From Candidatus Parvarchaeum acidophilus ARMAN-5 (GTDB lineage Archaea > Nanobdellota > Nanobdellia > Parvarchaeales > Parvarchaeaceae): DNA of 64,000 nucleotides. The stretch spans positions 1,390 to 65,389 of the forward strand of contig GG745546.1 of NCBI GenBank assembly GCA_002412085.1. The letters run 5' to 3'. The notes under the pieces are model-generated. The model was not told the origin of the DNA. It did no database searches and was given only the letters and a program-made list of their open reading frames with translations. This document shows, in pieces, positions 9,558-19,797 of this stretch; the stretch's first letter is position 1, and each line of letters opens with the position of its first letter. The translations under genes were made by a program, and so were the position numbers.

Positions 9558-10548
9558 AAAATGAAAGCGAGCTATCTTCTCTTTTTATTCTTTGGAGTGA
9601 AGCGCTCATACGCTCCTCGGAAAAACCATGTTCTTTACACATAAATTCGACTAGTTTTTCTTTTTGCATAGAACCTAATTTCAAATCATTTTGTACTTCT
9701 ACAGTATCTGGAGTTAGAAAGTACTGAAAAACCTCTTTTATATCATAATCAGACCTAAAGTCATAACTTTCCAGCAGTTTTTCGACTGAGTTTTCTTTTA
9801 CAAGATTTAGAGCTTTTCTAGGGCCTATCCCGTCTACACCTTTATTATAATCCGTACCTGTAAACAGCGCTACGACGATCATCTTTTCCCGGTCTACCCC
9901 TAGTTTCTTTAAATTATAATCTGATTCTATTATTTCAGGATTTACCTGTACCGTTATGCCTTTTCTGCTAATCTTTCTTTTGTTGTTTATGTTCAGATTC
10001 CTTATCACGCGTTTAGCCCCGAATAATATAGTGTCATAATCCTGTGATGCAGCTGCATAAACTAAACCTTTGCCGCTCATCCACGCGGCTTGGGCCTCTC
10101 CTTCTGCAGGAGCCTGTACATACTTTACTCCCATATAATCAAGAAGCTCCTTCGATGAAGCCACTATATAATCGTCTATTCTTGAAAGCCTGCGCATATA
10201 CATTGCTCTTTCTTCTTGTGTAACGGCGTTTTCTGCCTTTATCCTTGCTTCTTCCTTTATGCTTTCTCGTTCCTTCAACGTTTCCTTTTTGAAACGTGGT
10301 GCCTTGCCGTCAAATACGAAAACAGGGTTTATTCCGTTCTCCAGCATTGAAATACACCTATAGAATATCCCATTTAGATGCGTGGTTACTCTGCCTTTAG
10401 AATCCGTAAGATAAGAACCATCCGCAAGTCTTATAGTAGTAAGAAACTGAAATATCCAGTTAAATGCATCTATAGCTATAGTCTTTCCGGATAACTCTTG
10501 CATCTTTATGCTCCTTCCCTCAAAGATGCCATTAAACTTTACTCCCAT
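9550..10548 (-). CDS. fen: Flap endonuclease 1
   Basis: MGV start, IAIDAFN, FVFDG, EGEAQAA, SQDYD, GTDYN, C-terminal PIP-like SLSFY. Confidence 0.97.
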   Translation of the reverse strand: MGVKFNGIFEGRSIKMQELSGKTIAIDAFNWIFQFLTTIRLADGSYLTDSKGRVTTHLNGIFYRCISMLENGINPVFVFDGKAPRFKKETLKERESIKEEARIKAENAVTQEERAMYMRRLSRIDDYIVASSKELLDYMGVKYVQAPAEGEAQAAWMSGKGLVYAAASQDYDTILFGAKRVIRNLNINNKRKISRKGITVQVNPEIIESDYNLKKLGVDREKMIVVALFTGTDYNKGVDGIGPRKALNLVKENSVEKLLESYDFRSDYDIKEVFQYFLTPDTVEVQNDLKLGSMQKEKLVEFMCKEHGFSEERMSASLQRIKREDSSLSFYD

Positions 10549-10568
10549 AGTTAAATTAAGATCTGTGA

Positions 10569-11459
10569 TTAAAGTGTAGTAACTGTAACTTTTCCGTCAT
10601 CAAAAAGAAATGAATGTTCAAATTGTGCAACCATCCCATTATCTTTCTCTTTTAATACGTTGAATTCATTTAGAGCGCCGTTGGCGACTAAAGCCTTAAG
10701 CTCCATATCCGCCAATCTTCCGAATTTGTTCATTATCCATCTTTTTGCAAACGGTAATTCGTGGTACTCCTCTTCTATGAATTTCAATATTTCTCTTCCC
10801 AAAGAACTTCTTACATTCTTGGATTTAATTAAAGATAATATCTGGACCTCTGAACTGTCTATTACATAACCACCACCGGTTGTTGCGAAAGGCTCGACTG
10901 CCACTATACCTTCTTTTCTAAGGTAAGACTCGGAATAATTCCTAGCATTTGCTATGAACTCACCTTCATGTAGACTGTACTTCCCAACACCATGTCCACC
11001 TAAATTTACTATCGGCGAAAAACCTGCTTTCCTTATAGTATCTTCTATAACCGAACTTATCTCTATTATAGGCATGCCCGGTTTTATTATCCGCATTACA
11101 GAGTCTAACGCATCTTTTGCAGACTTCACTAATGGATTTTCGCCTACACCCACTACTGTAGTAGCTGCAGTATCGGATAAGTAACCATCCACGCTTGCTC
11201 CAACGTCTATCTTGATTATATCTCCTTCTTTTAATTCTGTTTTATCTTCAAATTTTGGAGTATAATGCGCAGCTATCTGGTTTATCGAAAGATTTGGTGG
11301 AAAAGATGGTTTTGCACCCATTTCCTGTGTTTTCTTTTCTATTGCTTCCGCTATATCTATAAGTTTTGTCCCTGGCTTGCACATTGAAATTCCTAATTCA
11401 CGGACTTCTTTGCCTATTGTTCCAGCAAGAATCCATTTTTCTCGCTCTTCTTTTTCCAT
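10569..11459 (-). CDS. map: Methionine aminopeptidase type II
   Basis: AAHYTP, KIDVGASVDGYLSDTA, NLGGHG, EPFAT, AQFEH. Confidence 0.96.
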   Translation of the reverse strand: MEKEEREKWILAGTIGKEVRELGISMCKPGTKLIDIAEAIEKKTQEMGAKPSFPPNLSINQIAAHYTPKFEDKTELKEGDIIKIDVGASVDGYLSDTAATTVVGVGENPLVKSAKDALDSVMRIIKPGMPIIEISSVIEDTIRKAGFSPIVNLGGHGVGKYSLHEGEFIANARNYSESYLRKEGIVAVEPFATTGGGYVIDSSEVQILSLIKSKNVRSSLGREILKFIEEEYHELPFAKRWIMNKFGRLADMELKALVANGALNEFNVLKEKDNGMVAQFEHSFLFDDGKVTVTTL

Positions 11460-12014
11460 TCACTCTATAATATATTCTTTATCTATAAAACTTCTTACTT
11501 TGTCAAGAAAAGACTCGCTTAGACCCTTATTATCCAATACAACCATTACAAGCTTGTTTTTTTTCTCTCTTGCGATGGAGGAAGTGAAATGTATAAACCT
11601 AAGTATCTCATTTTCTGAATTATATATCATAAGAGATGTTATCGAGTCTATTACAACAAAAACCGTATTTTTGTGCTTTCTGAAAAGATCCTCAAGGTTT
11701 ATGCTTATTTCTGTTAGATTCCCAGGTGATCTTATAAAAATGTTTTTATCATTATTTTGCACTGAATCGGTTATGCTTGCGGTCACTGTGTCTATTATAA
11801 GATAATCTTCAAGCTCCGCATCTTCAACCCTTTCGATTAGAACCTTTGCCGGAAGACTTGCCGTAACATAAATAAGTTTTAAACCGTTGTTTTTTATAAC
11901 TGAAAAAAGTTGAGGCGAAAGTTTATCTAGTTTTTCTCTCTCTTTCACAAATAACATTCCTACGCCATCGTTGGTTAGTTTTTCTATAAAATCTGAGTTT
12001 ATTGATTTGTCCAT
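11460..12014 (-). CDS. Degenerate RecA/KaiC-fold protein (no Walker A)
   Basis: IYVT, SPGNLTEI, VVIDSITSLMIYN pattern; no GxxGxGKT. Confidence 0.6.
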   Translation of the reverse strand: MDKSINSDFIEKLTNDGVGMLFVKEREKLDKLSPQLFSVIKNNGLKLIYVTASLPAKVLIERVEDAELEDYLIIDTVTASITDSVQNNDKNIFIRSPGNLTEISINLEDLFRKHKNTVFVVIDSITSLMIYNSENEILRFIHFTSSIAREKKNKLVMVVLDNKGLSESFLDKVRSFIDKEYIIE

Positions 12015-12071
12015 ATAAAAAGTATTACTATACCTATTCTTATATATTTATATTAAGTTTATATGCTTTCA

Positions 12072-14390
12072 TTAGAAAAAACCCGATAAAGAATTGTCTC
12101 TCCTGCCGACTATGTCTTCATCTGAATAACCCAAAACCTCAAATATGTGCAAAACCGAAGGTAGTACCTGTTTATTGATGTAATAATCTGGATCATACTT
12201 TATTCCATTTTTTCTAGCTATATCGTAAAGTACTGCTTTATCTGAGACACGGTCACTGTCTTTTCCTTTTGCGATTATATATTTTATAGTATCGCCGTTC
12301 GAGAATTTCATGCCGCTTTTTTCTACCGCAGATATATGCCTGCTTGTTTGTGTATATGATGAAGGATCTTTCCTGAGCCTTGTGAGTATCGCTAAGTCCT
12401 CCATATTTGCATTTCCTTCTTTTATCGTTTTTATTGTGTTCTTTACAAGCCCCATTGCGCCTTCTATATCGTTATCCACCAGTATTTTTTTTAGAACTTC
12501 TTTTTGAAGATTTTTTGCTATTATTGCCCAGTCTCTTCTAACAGACTGAAAACCTTTTATGAGCAGATTTCCGTTAAAATCGACCATCGCATACTTTTTC
12601 TTTGCGCCTATTCCTCCTTTGGCACTTACAAATATCGCCCTTAAATAAAAATCTTGAAGCTCGAGCTCCATCGGCTTTGGTAAACTTGAATTTATGTCTG
12701 ATATAAATGAATTTACCTTGTCTTTTTCTACACCGAATTCAAAAAATGCAGAATCCGTATCCGCATATAAAACTTTAAAACCAACATTTTGAGCAGATGA
12801 TATAACCTGCTGTACATATTGTCTTCCCAGGGCCGTAGTGGCACCTGCACAATCAAAACAATACCATCTTGAATTGTAGTATCCTAAATTCCCGTAAAAG
12901 CCGTTTGCTATTAACTTAAGCACCAAGACCCTTGCCTTTAGTCTGCTGTTATCCTTTTCGATCTTAAGCCTGTCCTTTGCATCAAACCTAAGGCGTATGA
13001 CTTCATTCAATACCGCTGGTATAAGCCCGACTCTTTCCTTTTTGTCTAGGAACTCTGCTTTTCCTCCAACGTATTTTATAGTTGATGGACATATATTGTG
13101 TGAAACTATTATACTCGGATAAAGGCTTCTAAAATCAACAACGGCGATATTTTCATACAACCCTGGAGTCGGCTGAAAAACGAATGCACCGGTATTTACT
13201 TTATGCATTCTGTCATTAATCTGAAAGTCAGAAGGTTTGTTTGGTATCAATTCGTTTATAGCCAAAGCTTTCTTCATTACCAGATTTTCGACGACTGCAC
13301 CCGTAGTCATTCTTGAAATATCGGATAATGTCTGGCCTACTAGTTTATTTAATTCGGCAAGAAGAGGTAGAACCGCATAGAATATATCCAAAGTTATTTT
13401 CGAATCTTGCACGCAGTAACTGCATAAAGTTGAAGCGAGTTCACGGTTATTAAAGACTTCAGTTATCTTATCCCAATCGAATTCTCCTTTTTTATCTCCT
13501 ATTAACTCAGATGCTACGGCTCTTAAAGTAAGTGTCTCTGTTTTAAGATTATATATAGAGTATATGTGGCGTATGAAATTTAATATATCAATATGCGCTA
13601 TTCCGTTTATCTCTGCTACTTTTCTCTTTTCGCCTTTTATCTTAAGTTCGAAACCGTTTAACCTAAAATCTACGCCGAGGATCCTTGATCTTTCATGTAT
13701 GTAAGGCATATCAAAAGAATCAGAATTATATCCTATAATTACATTGAATTTATTTGAAGATAGATACTCAGAAAGTTTTAAAAGCAAGTCCTTTTCGTCT
13801 TTTGCTTTTATAATATTTTCTCCTTCTGCATCTAGCCAGGTTATGCACTTGCTCTCTTTACTGCTGACAATTGATACAGCTAGTATCGGATCTACCTTCG
13901 CGTTTGGAAAGGCTCTCTTTGTATAAGTCTCTATATCAAGTGCCGCCGCCCTTATAGGAAATTCACCGACGCCTTTACTGGATATTTTCTTTATGTAATC
14001 CCCGTTTCTTTCTATTTCAAGGATAGAATGACTGCCAATATCTTTGTCTAAAAGATATCTTTTGTAAAACGGAATATCTGCTTCATATGTACTCAAACCC
14101 GTCTGCTTTATTTTAGGTATGTCTTCCGGTAGCTTAGTGTAAACTTTAATAACTTCGGATTTTTTACCCAAGTTATACTTTTCTACTTTTTCAAAATGGT
14201 CTACAAAAGAAAGACCTCCTATTGTTTTACTAAAACTATCGATATCCGTATCTACATAACAGTAAGGCTTAAAAGTATTATCATAGAATATTCTCAGTTC
14301 AGAATCGATATTGACACAGAATAATCTTATAACAGGAGAACCATCTATAACGGTATAATCGGCATCAACTAAAAAATATTCCTCAGCCAT
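12072..14390 (-). CDS. polB: Family B DNA polymerase (archaeal PolB3 type)
   Basis: ExoI DIET, ExoII GYNSDSFD, DFRSLYPS, KLIANGFYG, YADTDS, C-terminal PIP box SLSGFF. Confidence 0.97.
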   Translation of the reverse strand: MAEEYFLVDADYTVIDGSPVIRLFCVNIDSELRIFYDNTFKPYCYVDTDIDSFSKTIGGLSFVDHFEKVEKYNLGKKSEVIKVYTKLPEDIPKIKQTGLSTYEADIPFYKRYLLDKDIGSHSILEIERNGDYIKKISSKGVGEFPIRAAALDIETYTKRAFPNAKVDPILAVSIVSSKESKCITWLDAEGENIIKAKDEKDLLLKLSEYLSSNKFNVIIGYNSDSFDMPYIHERSRILGVDFRLNGFELKIKGEKRKVAEINGIAHIDILNFIRHIYSIYNLKTETLTLRAVASELIGDKKGEFDWDKITEVFNNRELASTLCSYCVQDSKITLDIFYAVLPLLAELNKLVGQTLSDISRMTTGAVVENLVMKKALAINELIPNKPSDFQINDRMHKVNTGAFVFQPTPGLYENIAVVDFRSLYPSIIVSHNICPSTIKYVGGKAEFLDKKERVGLIPAVLNEVIRLRFDAKDRLKIEKDNSRLKARVLVLKLIANGFYGNLGYYNSRWYCFDCAGATTALGRQYVQQVISSAQNVGFKVLYADTDSAFFEFGVEKDKVNSFISDINSSLPKPMELELQDFYLRAIFVSAKGGIGAKKKYAMVDFNGNLLIKGFQSVRRDWAIIAKNLQKEVLKKILVDNDIEGAMGLVKNTIKTIKEGNANMEDLAILTRLRKDPSSYTQTSRHISAVEKSGMKFSNGDTIKYIIAKGKDSDRVSDKAVLYDIARKNGIKYDPDYYINKQVLPSVLHIFEVLGYSDEDIVGRRDNSLSGFF

Positions 14391-14424
14391 TGTTAATTAT
14401 ATCACTAGGAATAAAAAAGCTTGT

Positions 14425-16174
14425 CTACTTTGTTGTTACCCGACTTAGCAAGATTTCTTGGATGATCTGGATCTATATGCTTTGATACAGAAACATAATA
14501 AGCCAGCAATTGTGATATTATTACTTGTGGAACGAAGCTGAATATACCTGCTGACTGAGACCTTATAAAAGAATCGAAAATATCTAATCTTTCGTTGGCT
14601 ATCCCTATTATCTTCCCATTTCTTGCCTTTATTTCTTTCAGGTTATTTATTTCTAATTCTTTAAATCTATCTGACACGTTTGCTATTGAATAAGTTCCTT
14701 TTGATATAAGAGCTAAGGGCCCATGCTTGAAAGTAGCGGAATCTATAGCCTCTGCGTGTATATATGAGATTTCTTTCATCTTCAAAGAAGCTTCTAGTGC
14801 CGATATATAATCATTGCCCCTGCCCAAGAAAAACAGGTTAGTTTCTTTCTTTATTTCTGATGCGGTTTTCTTTATAGCGTCATAAACCGAGGGTACGAAT
14901 AAATTGTAAAGGTTTATATCCAATAATTTCAGATCATTTACCGCCTCTGTTTCCTGATTTATAGAAAACATAGATATCAAAGTTGCAAGTATAGCAGATA
15001 TAATGAAAGTCTTTGTTGCTGCTACTCCTTTTTCATGCCCTGCATTCATATTTATGAAATAATCCACAGAGTTCGATAGCGTAGATCCCTCTGTATTTAT
15101 TATCCCTATCTTTTTGTTGTTTTTTATGAGAGGCAGGGCTTCGATTATATCCATTGTCTCTCCGCTCTGGGATATTAACATTATTACATCTTCATCTGTT
15201 ATCAATTTTGAATAATTATACAAATCCTGCGGCTGTAATGCTGTCGCATCTCTGCCGAAGTCTCTAAGTATATTAGCAGCCATCAATCCTGCATGAAATG
15301 AACTTCCAGAACCAATGATGTATATTTTTTTTGCAAGTGACATTATAGAAGCAGGTTCTCTTAAATAAGAAATATCGGAATTTGCAAGCTTTGTTATAAG
15401 TTCATGCTGTTCCAGTATTTCTTTTATCATAAAATGTTTGTTCTTGCCCTTGTCAACGTCTTTTGGTGAAAAATTAACTATGTTTACTTTATGTGAACTG
15501 CTGTTAGACTTTAGAACCTTAAAACCAGTGGTATTTATTGAAACGACGTCACCGTCAAAAAGATAAACTACTTTGTTTGTGTAGTTTAGAAATGAAGGAA
15601 CATCGCTTGAAACAAACACACCTTTGTCCCTTATGCCCAATACTAATGGTGAACCGTTCTTTACTGCCACTAGACTATCACTATCTGAATTCATTGCTAC
15701 AAACGAAGAAAAACCTTTTATTTTGTTGGATACGGAAACTACAGAATCCTCAAAACTCTTTCCATTAGCCATCTCTTCCTCTATCATGTGAGGTAAAACT
15801 TCCGTATCAGTATCTGATATAAATGAATGGTTTTGCATGTCTTTTTTAAGATCGGAGAAATTCTCTATTATGCCGTTATGCACTACGGCTATTTTTCCGG
15901 AACAATCCGCCAGAGGATGAGCATTTTCCTTGGTAACACCGCCGTTTGTAGCCCATCTTGTATGTGCCATGCTCATGCTGGATAAACGCTTGTCTATACT
16001 CTGCCCGGCTATGACTTTATTAATCCTTCCTATGTCTTTTAAGATCTCTATCTTATTTCCAGTCTTTATAGCACAGCCAAAGCTGTCATAACCCCTATAT
16101 TCTAGGCCTTTTATACCGTCTAAAACAAGAGGAATTGAATTCTCGCTGCCTACATACCCTATAATTCCACACAT
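14425..16174 (-). CDS. glmS: Glutamine-fructose-6-phosphate aminotransferase; apparent +1 frameshift in the last codons
   Basis: MCGIIG, YRGYDS, HTRWAT, SQSGET, KHGPLAL, PRNLAKS. Removing one G at 14439-14441 restores the canonical AKSVTTK*. Confidence 0.96.
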
Positions 16175-16250
16175 AAAAGTAAGTCAATGTTTTGTAAGAT
16201 GAAAACTTATATTTAAAGGTTTAATAACTTTATGTGCTATACATTTATTA

Positions 16251-16272
16251 GGCAGAAAAACCGAAAACTGCC
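16251..16272. promoter_or_regulatory. GGCAG-n12-CTGCC inverted repeat between glmS and the divergent regulator; candidate operator
   Basis: Only GC-rich dyad in an AT-rich 144-bp divergent intergenic region. Confidence 0.3.
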
Positions 16273-16318
16273 ATAATGCAAAAAGAGTTAAATACTTAAA
16301 TCAGCTTAATCTCTATAA

Positions 16319-17245
16319 TTGTTTATGAAAGAATACATTCTTAAAATTGAAGACGAAGGATATTTTGTGAATGACACAAAGGTTATACCTGAAATATCCG
16401 ATATAAAAAAAATCGCGGATGAAAAAGCTATTGCTATAATGAAGAAAATATCGAAAAAACCTTATAAAGTCGGAGCATTATCAAAAGAACTTAAAATTGA
16501 CAAGAAAGCAATGGCATTATATGTTTCTGGTCTGGAAAAAGCAGGTCTTATAGAAGTAGAAGAAAAGAAAAACGATAAAGTCCTAAAGTCCATTTATAAT
16601 TCATTCTCATATGAAATAAATCAGAATAGGGTAAAGTTTGACCCGAGGCTTCAGAAGAAAGACAATCAATACGCTTTGAATTTCTTCAGCAAGTTCATTA
16701 GCAATGGTAAATTTGACGGATACATATGCGTCGGTGCACCTGATCCCCACGGAGAATACAAATCCGTAGCAAAGGATGCACACTTTGCAACATACCTTGG
16801 TATGTTTTTCGGACAGTTTATAGATTTACCAAGTTCTCTTCCTATCCTTTTGGATACAGATGTAATATCTAGGAACCTATTTAAGAAGAATCTTATAATA
16901 ATTGGAGGCCCTGTTACAAATCTAGTTACAAGAGATATAAACAATTTTCTGCCCATAAAATTCATAAAGGAAGAAGGATGGGGCCTCAAGGATAAAAACG
17001 GAATACATATTAGAGACTATGAAGGAACTATAGAAAAAATAAAGAATCCTTTTGAGAAGGAGAGGGATATAATACTTATAGCAGGAGTAAAAAACATCGG
17101 TACACTGTCTGCAATGCTTGCAGCTACGAAATTTTCAAACCTTACGTTCAAAGGATACAACAATGAAGCCCCTTGGAGTATGATGGTAAGAGGGTATGAT
17201 ATAGACGGAGACGGGCAGATAGATTCAATAGAAACGGTAAAATGA
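16319..17245 (+). CDS. ArsR-like winged-HTH regulator fused to an S-layer C-terminal-like domain
   Basis: KVGALSKELKI..YVSGLEKAGLI HTH; NLIIIGGPVTN and ILIAG..GT motifs also seen in the S-layer protein at 54683-57415. Confidence 0.7.
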   Translation: MFMKEYILKIEDEGYFVNDTKVIPEISDIKKIADEKAIAIMKKISKKPYKVGALSKELKIDKKAMALYVSGLEKAGLIEVEEKKNDKVLKSIYNSFSYEINQNRVKFDPRLQKKDNQYALNFFSKFISNGKFDGYICVGAPDPHGEYKSVAKDAHFATYLGMFFGQFIDLPSSLPILLDTDVISRNLFKKNLIIIGGPVTNLVTRDINNFLPIKFIKEEGWGLKDKNGIHIRDYEGTIEKIKNPFEKERDIILIAGVKNIGTLSAMLAATKFSNLTFKGYNNEAPWSMMVRGYDIDGDGQIDSIETVK

Positions 17246-17718
17246 ACCGTTATTTCACTGCTATAGATTTACCGGAAGAAACAAAAAAATCCGTTTATTC
17301 TTATTTCTATCCGCTATTAACAAAATATTTTTATGGAAGCTTTACAACCGAAGAAAAACTTCACATAACATTGGTATTTCTAGGAGATATCGAGATTAAA
17401 AAAGAATTTATAGATTTTATAAAAGGCCTGAAAATTTCACATGATATAATCATTAAAGGAGTGGATGCTTTTCCAAATTTAGAAAATCCAAAGGTATTAT
17501 ACGCCAAGGTTAATAATGACCTTAGTCCTATAACAAAAAAGATAACCGAATTTATTGGAATCGACAACAAACAACATTTTATACCGCACATAACTTTATG
17601 CAGGATAAAAAGAATAAAAGACGCTGAATTCCATATACCTGAAAAAGAATTTACATTCCACGCAGACAAAATAGATATTTTTAACAGCGATTTTAAGAAT
17701 TATTATAAATTATCTTAG
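17242..17718 (+). CDS. thpR: RNA 2',3'-cyclic phosphodiesterase (2H phosphoesterase, LigT/ThpR)
   Basis: RYFTAIDL and two HITL motifs. Confidence 0.9.
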   Translation: MNRYFTAIDLPEETKKSVYSYFYPLLTKYFYGSFTTEEKLHITLVFLGDIEIKKEFIDFIKGLKISHDIIIKGVDAFPNLENPKVLYAKVNNDLSPITKKITEFIGIDNKQHFIPHITLCRIKRIKDAEFHIPEKEFTFHADKIDIFNSDFKNYYKLS

Positions 17719-17720
17719 TA

Positions 17721-18296
17721 TTATCTTGCACCTGGTTTCTGTCTGGTAATCGAAAAAACCACTATAAGCATGGCCATAAGCGTCAATAAAGTCGTAAGAA
17801 AGCCCGGACTTGTAAGAATAGTGAGTATATAAGTACTGCTTAAATCTCCTGGAAAAGAGGATGAAGTGGCAGCTATAGTTGAACTACTGGTAGTAGTCGA
17901 ATTTGTAGCTACTCCCAGAACACCGGGATAATTGGAGGATACCGTTCCAAAAGCTATAAGGCCAAATATAAACATCATAAATATGACCATAGCAGGTATC
18001 AAGGAACTTTTCTTAAGATAATCGGTTATAGAGCCCTGCGAAACCAATGATGCCGAAAGAAGGACTATCCCTAGAAATATAAATAATAGTATCGCTAGAA
18101 CATACGGAAGAAAAGTTATTATAAAACTTATGAAGAAAGAAGAAGTAAGGGATAACAGCCCTATTGCAAGTGCTATAAGTGCGGGTATATCCGAACTGTT
18201 AAAAAATTTAAACCTTGAAAGAAGCCCATACACTACTGCGAATATAAGTACAAAAACGATTAAATCATAAAAAGCGTATATAGGTAGACTTACCAT
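17721..18296 (-). CDS. Polytopic membrane protein, paralog 3 of a tandem trio
   Basis: FVLIFAVVYGLLSRFKFF..SDIPALIA; likely start MVSLP at 18296. Confidence 0.75.
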   Translation of the reverse strand: MVSLPIYAFYDLIVFVLIFAVVYGLLSRFKFFNSSDIPALIALAIGLLSLTSSFFISFIITFLPYVLAILLFIFLGIVLLSASLVSQGSITDYLKKSSLIPAMVIFMMFIFGLIAFGTVSSNYPGVLGVATNSTTTSSSTIAATSSSFPGDLSSTYILTILTSPGFLTTLLTLMAMLIVVFSITRQKPGAR

Positions 18297-18309
18297 GTTA
18301 TTTTTTTCC

Positions 18310-18867
18310 TCATGTATTCTTATTGGATCCGCCGCCAAAGGTGAATGCAATAACGAATATTATTATTACACCCAATATAAGATACGCGAGATTCGGCCCT
18401 ATAAGCGAAGAGGCTATGTTTGAAAGTTCGCTGCCTACACCAGACGAAGATGGAACGAGCGCATTAGAGAATATACCTCCTCCAAGGAAAAGTATTCCTA
18501 TTGCGACTATAAACAACCATTTTGAATTACTGCCGGTTATATCGAATTTAAGAAGGCTTGCTATCATCAACATTGCCACCAGTATCAAGGCCGTAACAGC
18601 CAAAGTGGATGACATATAAACTAGAATCGGACTTACCCATGCTACGGTTACTGCAAAATAAGCTATTATAAGAGCGATTAATCCTCTGGCGCCTTTATTC
18701 TTATTATCTTTAAAATAGTCGACATTCTTTAAAACCGTACTAAGTATTGCAAGTATAAGCAGAAAAGCCAGCCAGAACTCTATAGGGTTGCTTACATTTG
18801 GAGGAGTTATGAGCTTCAGAGCGTTATCAATCTGGGAATATAGCGAGCCCACTACTGCTGTTACCAT
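18310..18867 (-). CDS. Polytopic membrane protein, paralog 2 of a tandem trio
   Basis: FLLILAILSTVLKNVDYFK..ARGLIALIIA. Confidence 0.75.
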   Translation of the reverse strand: MVTAVVGSLYSQIDNALKLITPPNVSNPIEFWLAFLLILAILSTVLKNVDYFKDNKNKGARGLIALIIAYFAVTVAWVSPILVYMSSTLAVTALILVAMLMIASLLKFDITGSNSKWLFIVAIGILFLGGGIFSNALVPSSSGVGSELSNIASSLIGPNLAYLILGVIIIFVIAFTFGGGSNKNT

Positions 18868-18933
18868 GAATAATTATGAATAATAATAGTATTTATAGTT
18901 TTCTATAAATGTTTTTACTTAGAAGTATTCAAA

Positions 18934-19488
18934 TTACTTAAATAAAAAGTATGCTCCTATTATCAGAGCTATGAAGACTATTATGTAAGGAGCATAGGTG
19001 GAAAGGTTTTGTGCTACCGATTTCGTTGACAGTCCTACAAAACCAAGATTAGCTGTAAGAAGAACCCATATTATCAAACCTATTGAAACAAGAACGGCTA
19101 TTACTACAATTATTTTCCTTGCGGATTTTGCCTTCAAAAGTTCTGATGAACTTCCGTAGAGCATTGATCCTATTACCATAACCATGAATACTACTATTGC
19201 GATTATACCGACTATAGGTAAGATAAGATATGTCAGTTTCAAAGTGTAGTTAGTGGTAGCGAATATTATACCTAGTACAAAAGCGATTATTGCATCTATA
19301 TCACTCTTTCCCTTGAATATCTCACTTCTTTGAAGAACACCGTATACTATTGCAAAAACGAGTAAAAATGGGAAAAGAAATGATTCTACGCTTGAAAACA
19401 GAAGAGATACTCCTGGAGCTTGTGAAGTAAGAGTAGACGTTACATTTGTCGAATTGTTTGATGCAAACGAGACTATATTTTCAAGCAT
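18934..19488 (-). CDS. Polytopic membrane protein, paralog 1 of a tandem trio
   Basis: PFLLVFAIVYGVLQRSEIFK..SDIDAIIA. Confidence 0.75.
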   Translation of the reverse strand: MLENIVSFASNNSTNVTSTLTSQAPGVSLLFSSVESFLFPFLLVFAIVYGVLQRSEIFKGKSDIDAIIAFVLGIIFATTNYTLKLTYLILPIVGIIAIVVFMVMVIGSMLYGSSSELLKAKSARKIIVVIAVLVSIGLIIWVLLTANLGFVGLSTKSVAQNLSTYAPYIIVFIALIIGAYFLFK

Positions 19489-19497
19489 ATTAATATT

Positions 19498-19797
19498 ATG
19501 ACTGTAAAGTATTTAAATAACTATATGAAAAGACAGAGAAAACCAATAATAAGAAAAAACATGCTTTTGGCTCTTTCTATAGCAGGTATTATCGTAGGCG
19601 TTGCAATAATTACTACGGTTGTAAATGGCTATCTTAAGATGGCTTCAAACAACTTCTCTTATGGAAGTGTAACGCTTGGAAATAATCTAATCGCACATCA
19701 GGAGGCATACGATGCATACATAATAGCAATAGCTGCTATCCTTACGGCTTCAAGTCTTTTCCTTCTTCTAAGGTTATTGTTTAAGAAAGGAAAGTAA
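19498..19797 (+). CDS. Small 2-TM membrane protein
   Basis: Two hydrophobic helices; the real start may be the downstream Met. Confidence 0.6.
   Translation: MTVKYLNNYMKRQRKPIIRKNMLLALSIAGIIVGVAIITTVVNGYLKMASNNFSYGSVTLGNNLIAHQEAYDAYIIAIAAILTASSLFLLLRLLFKKGK

Noticed and set aside
16175-16318. glmS ribozyme upstream of glmS
   Set aside because: AT-rich, with no recognisable catalytic core or multi-stem pairing
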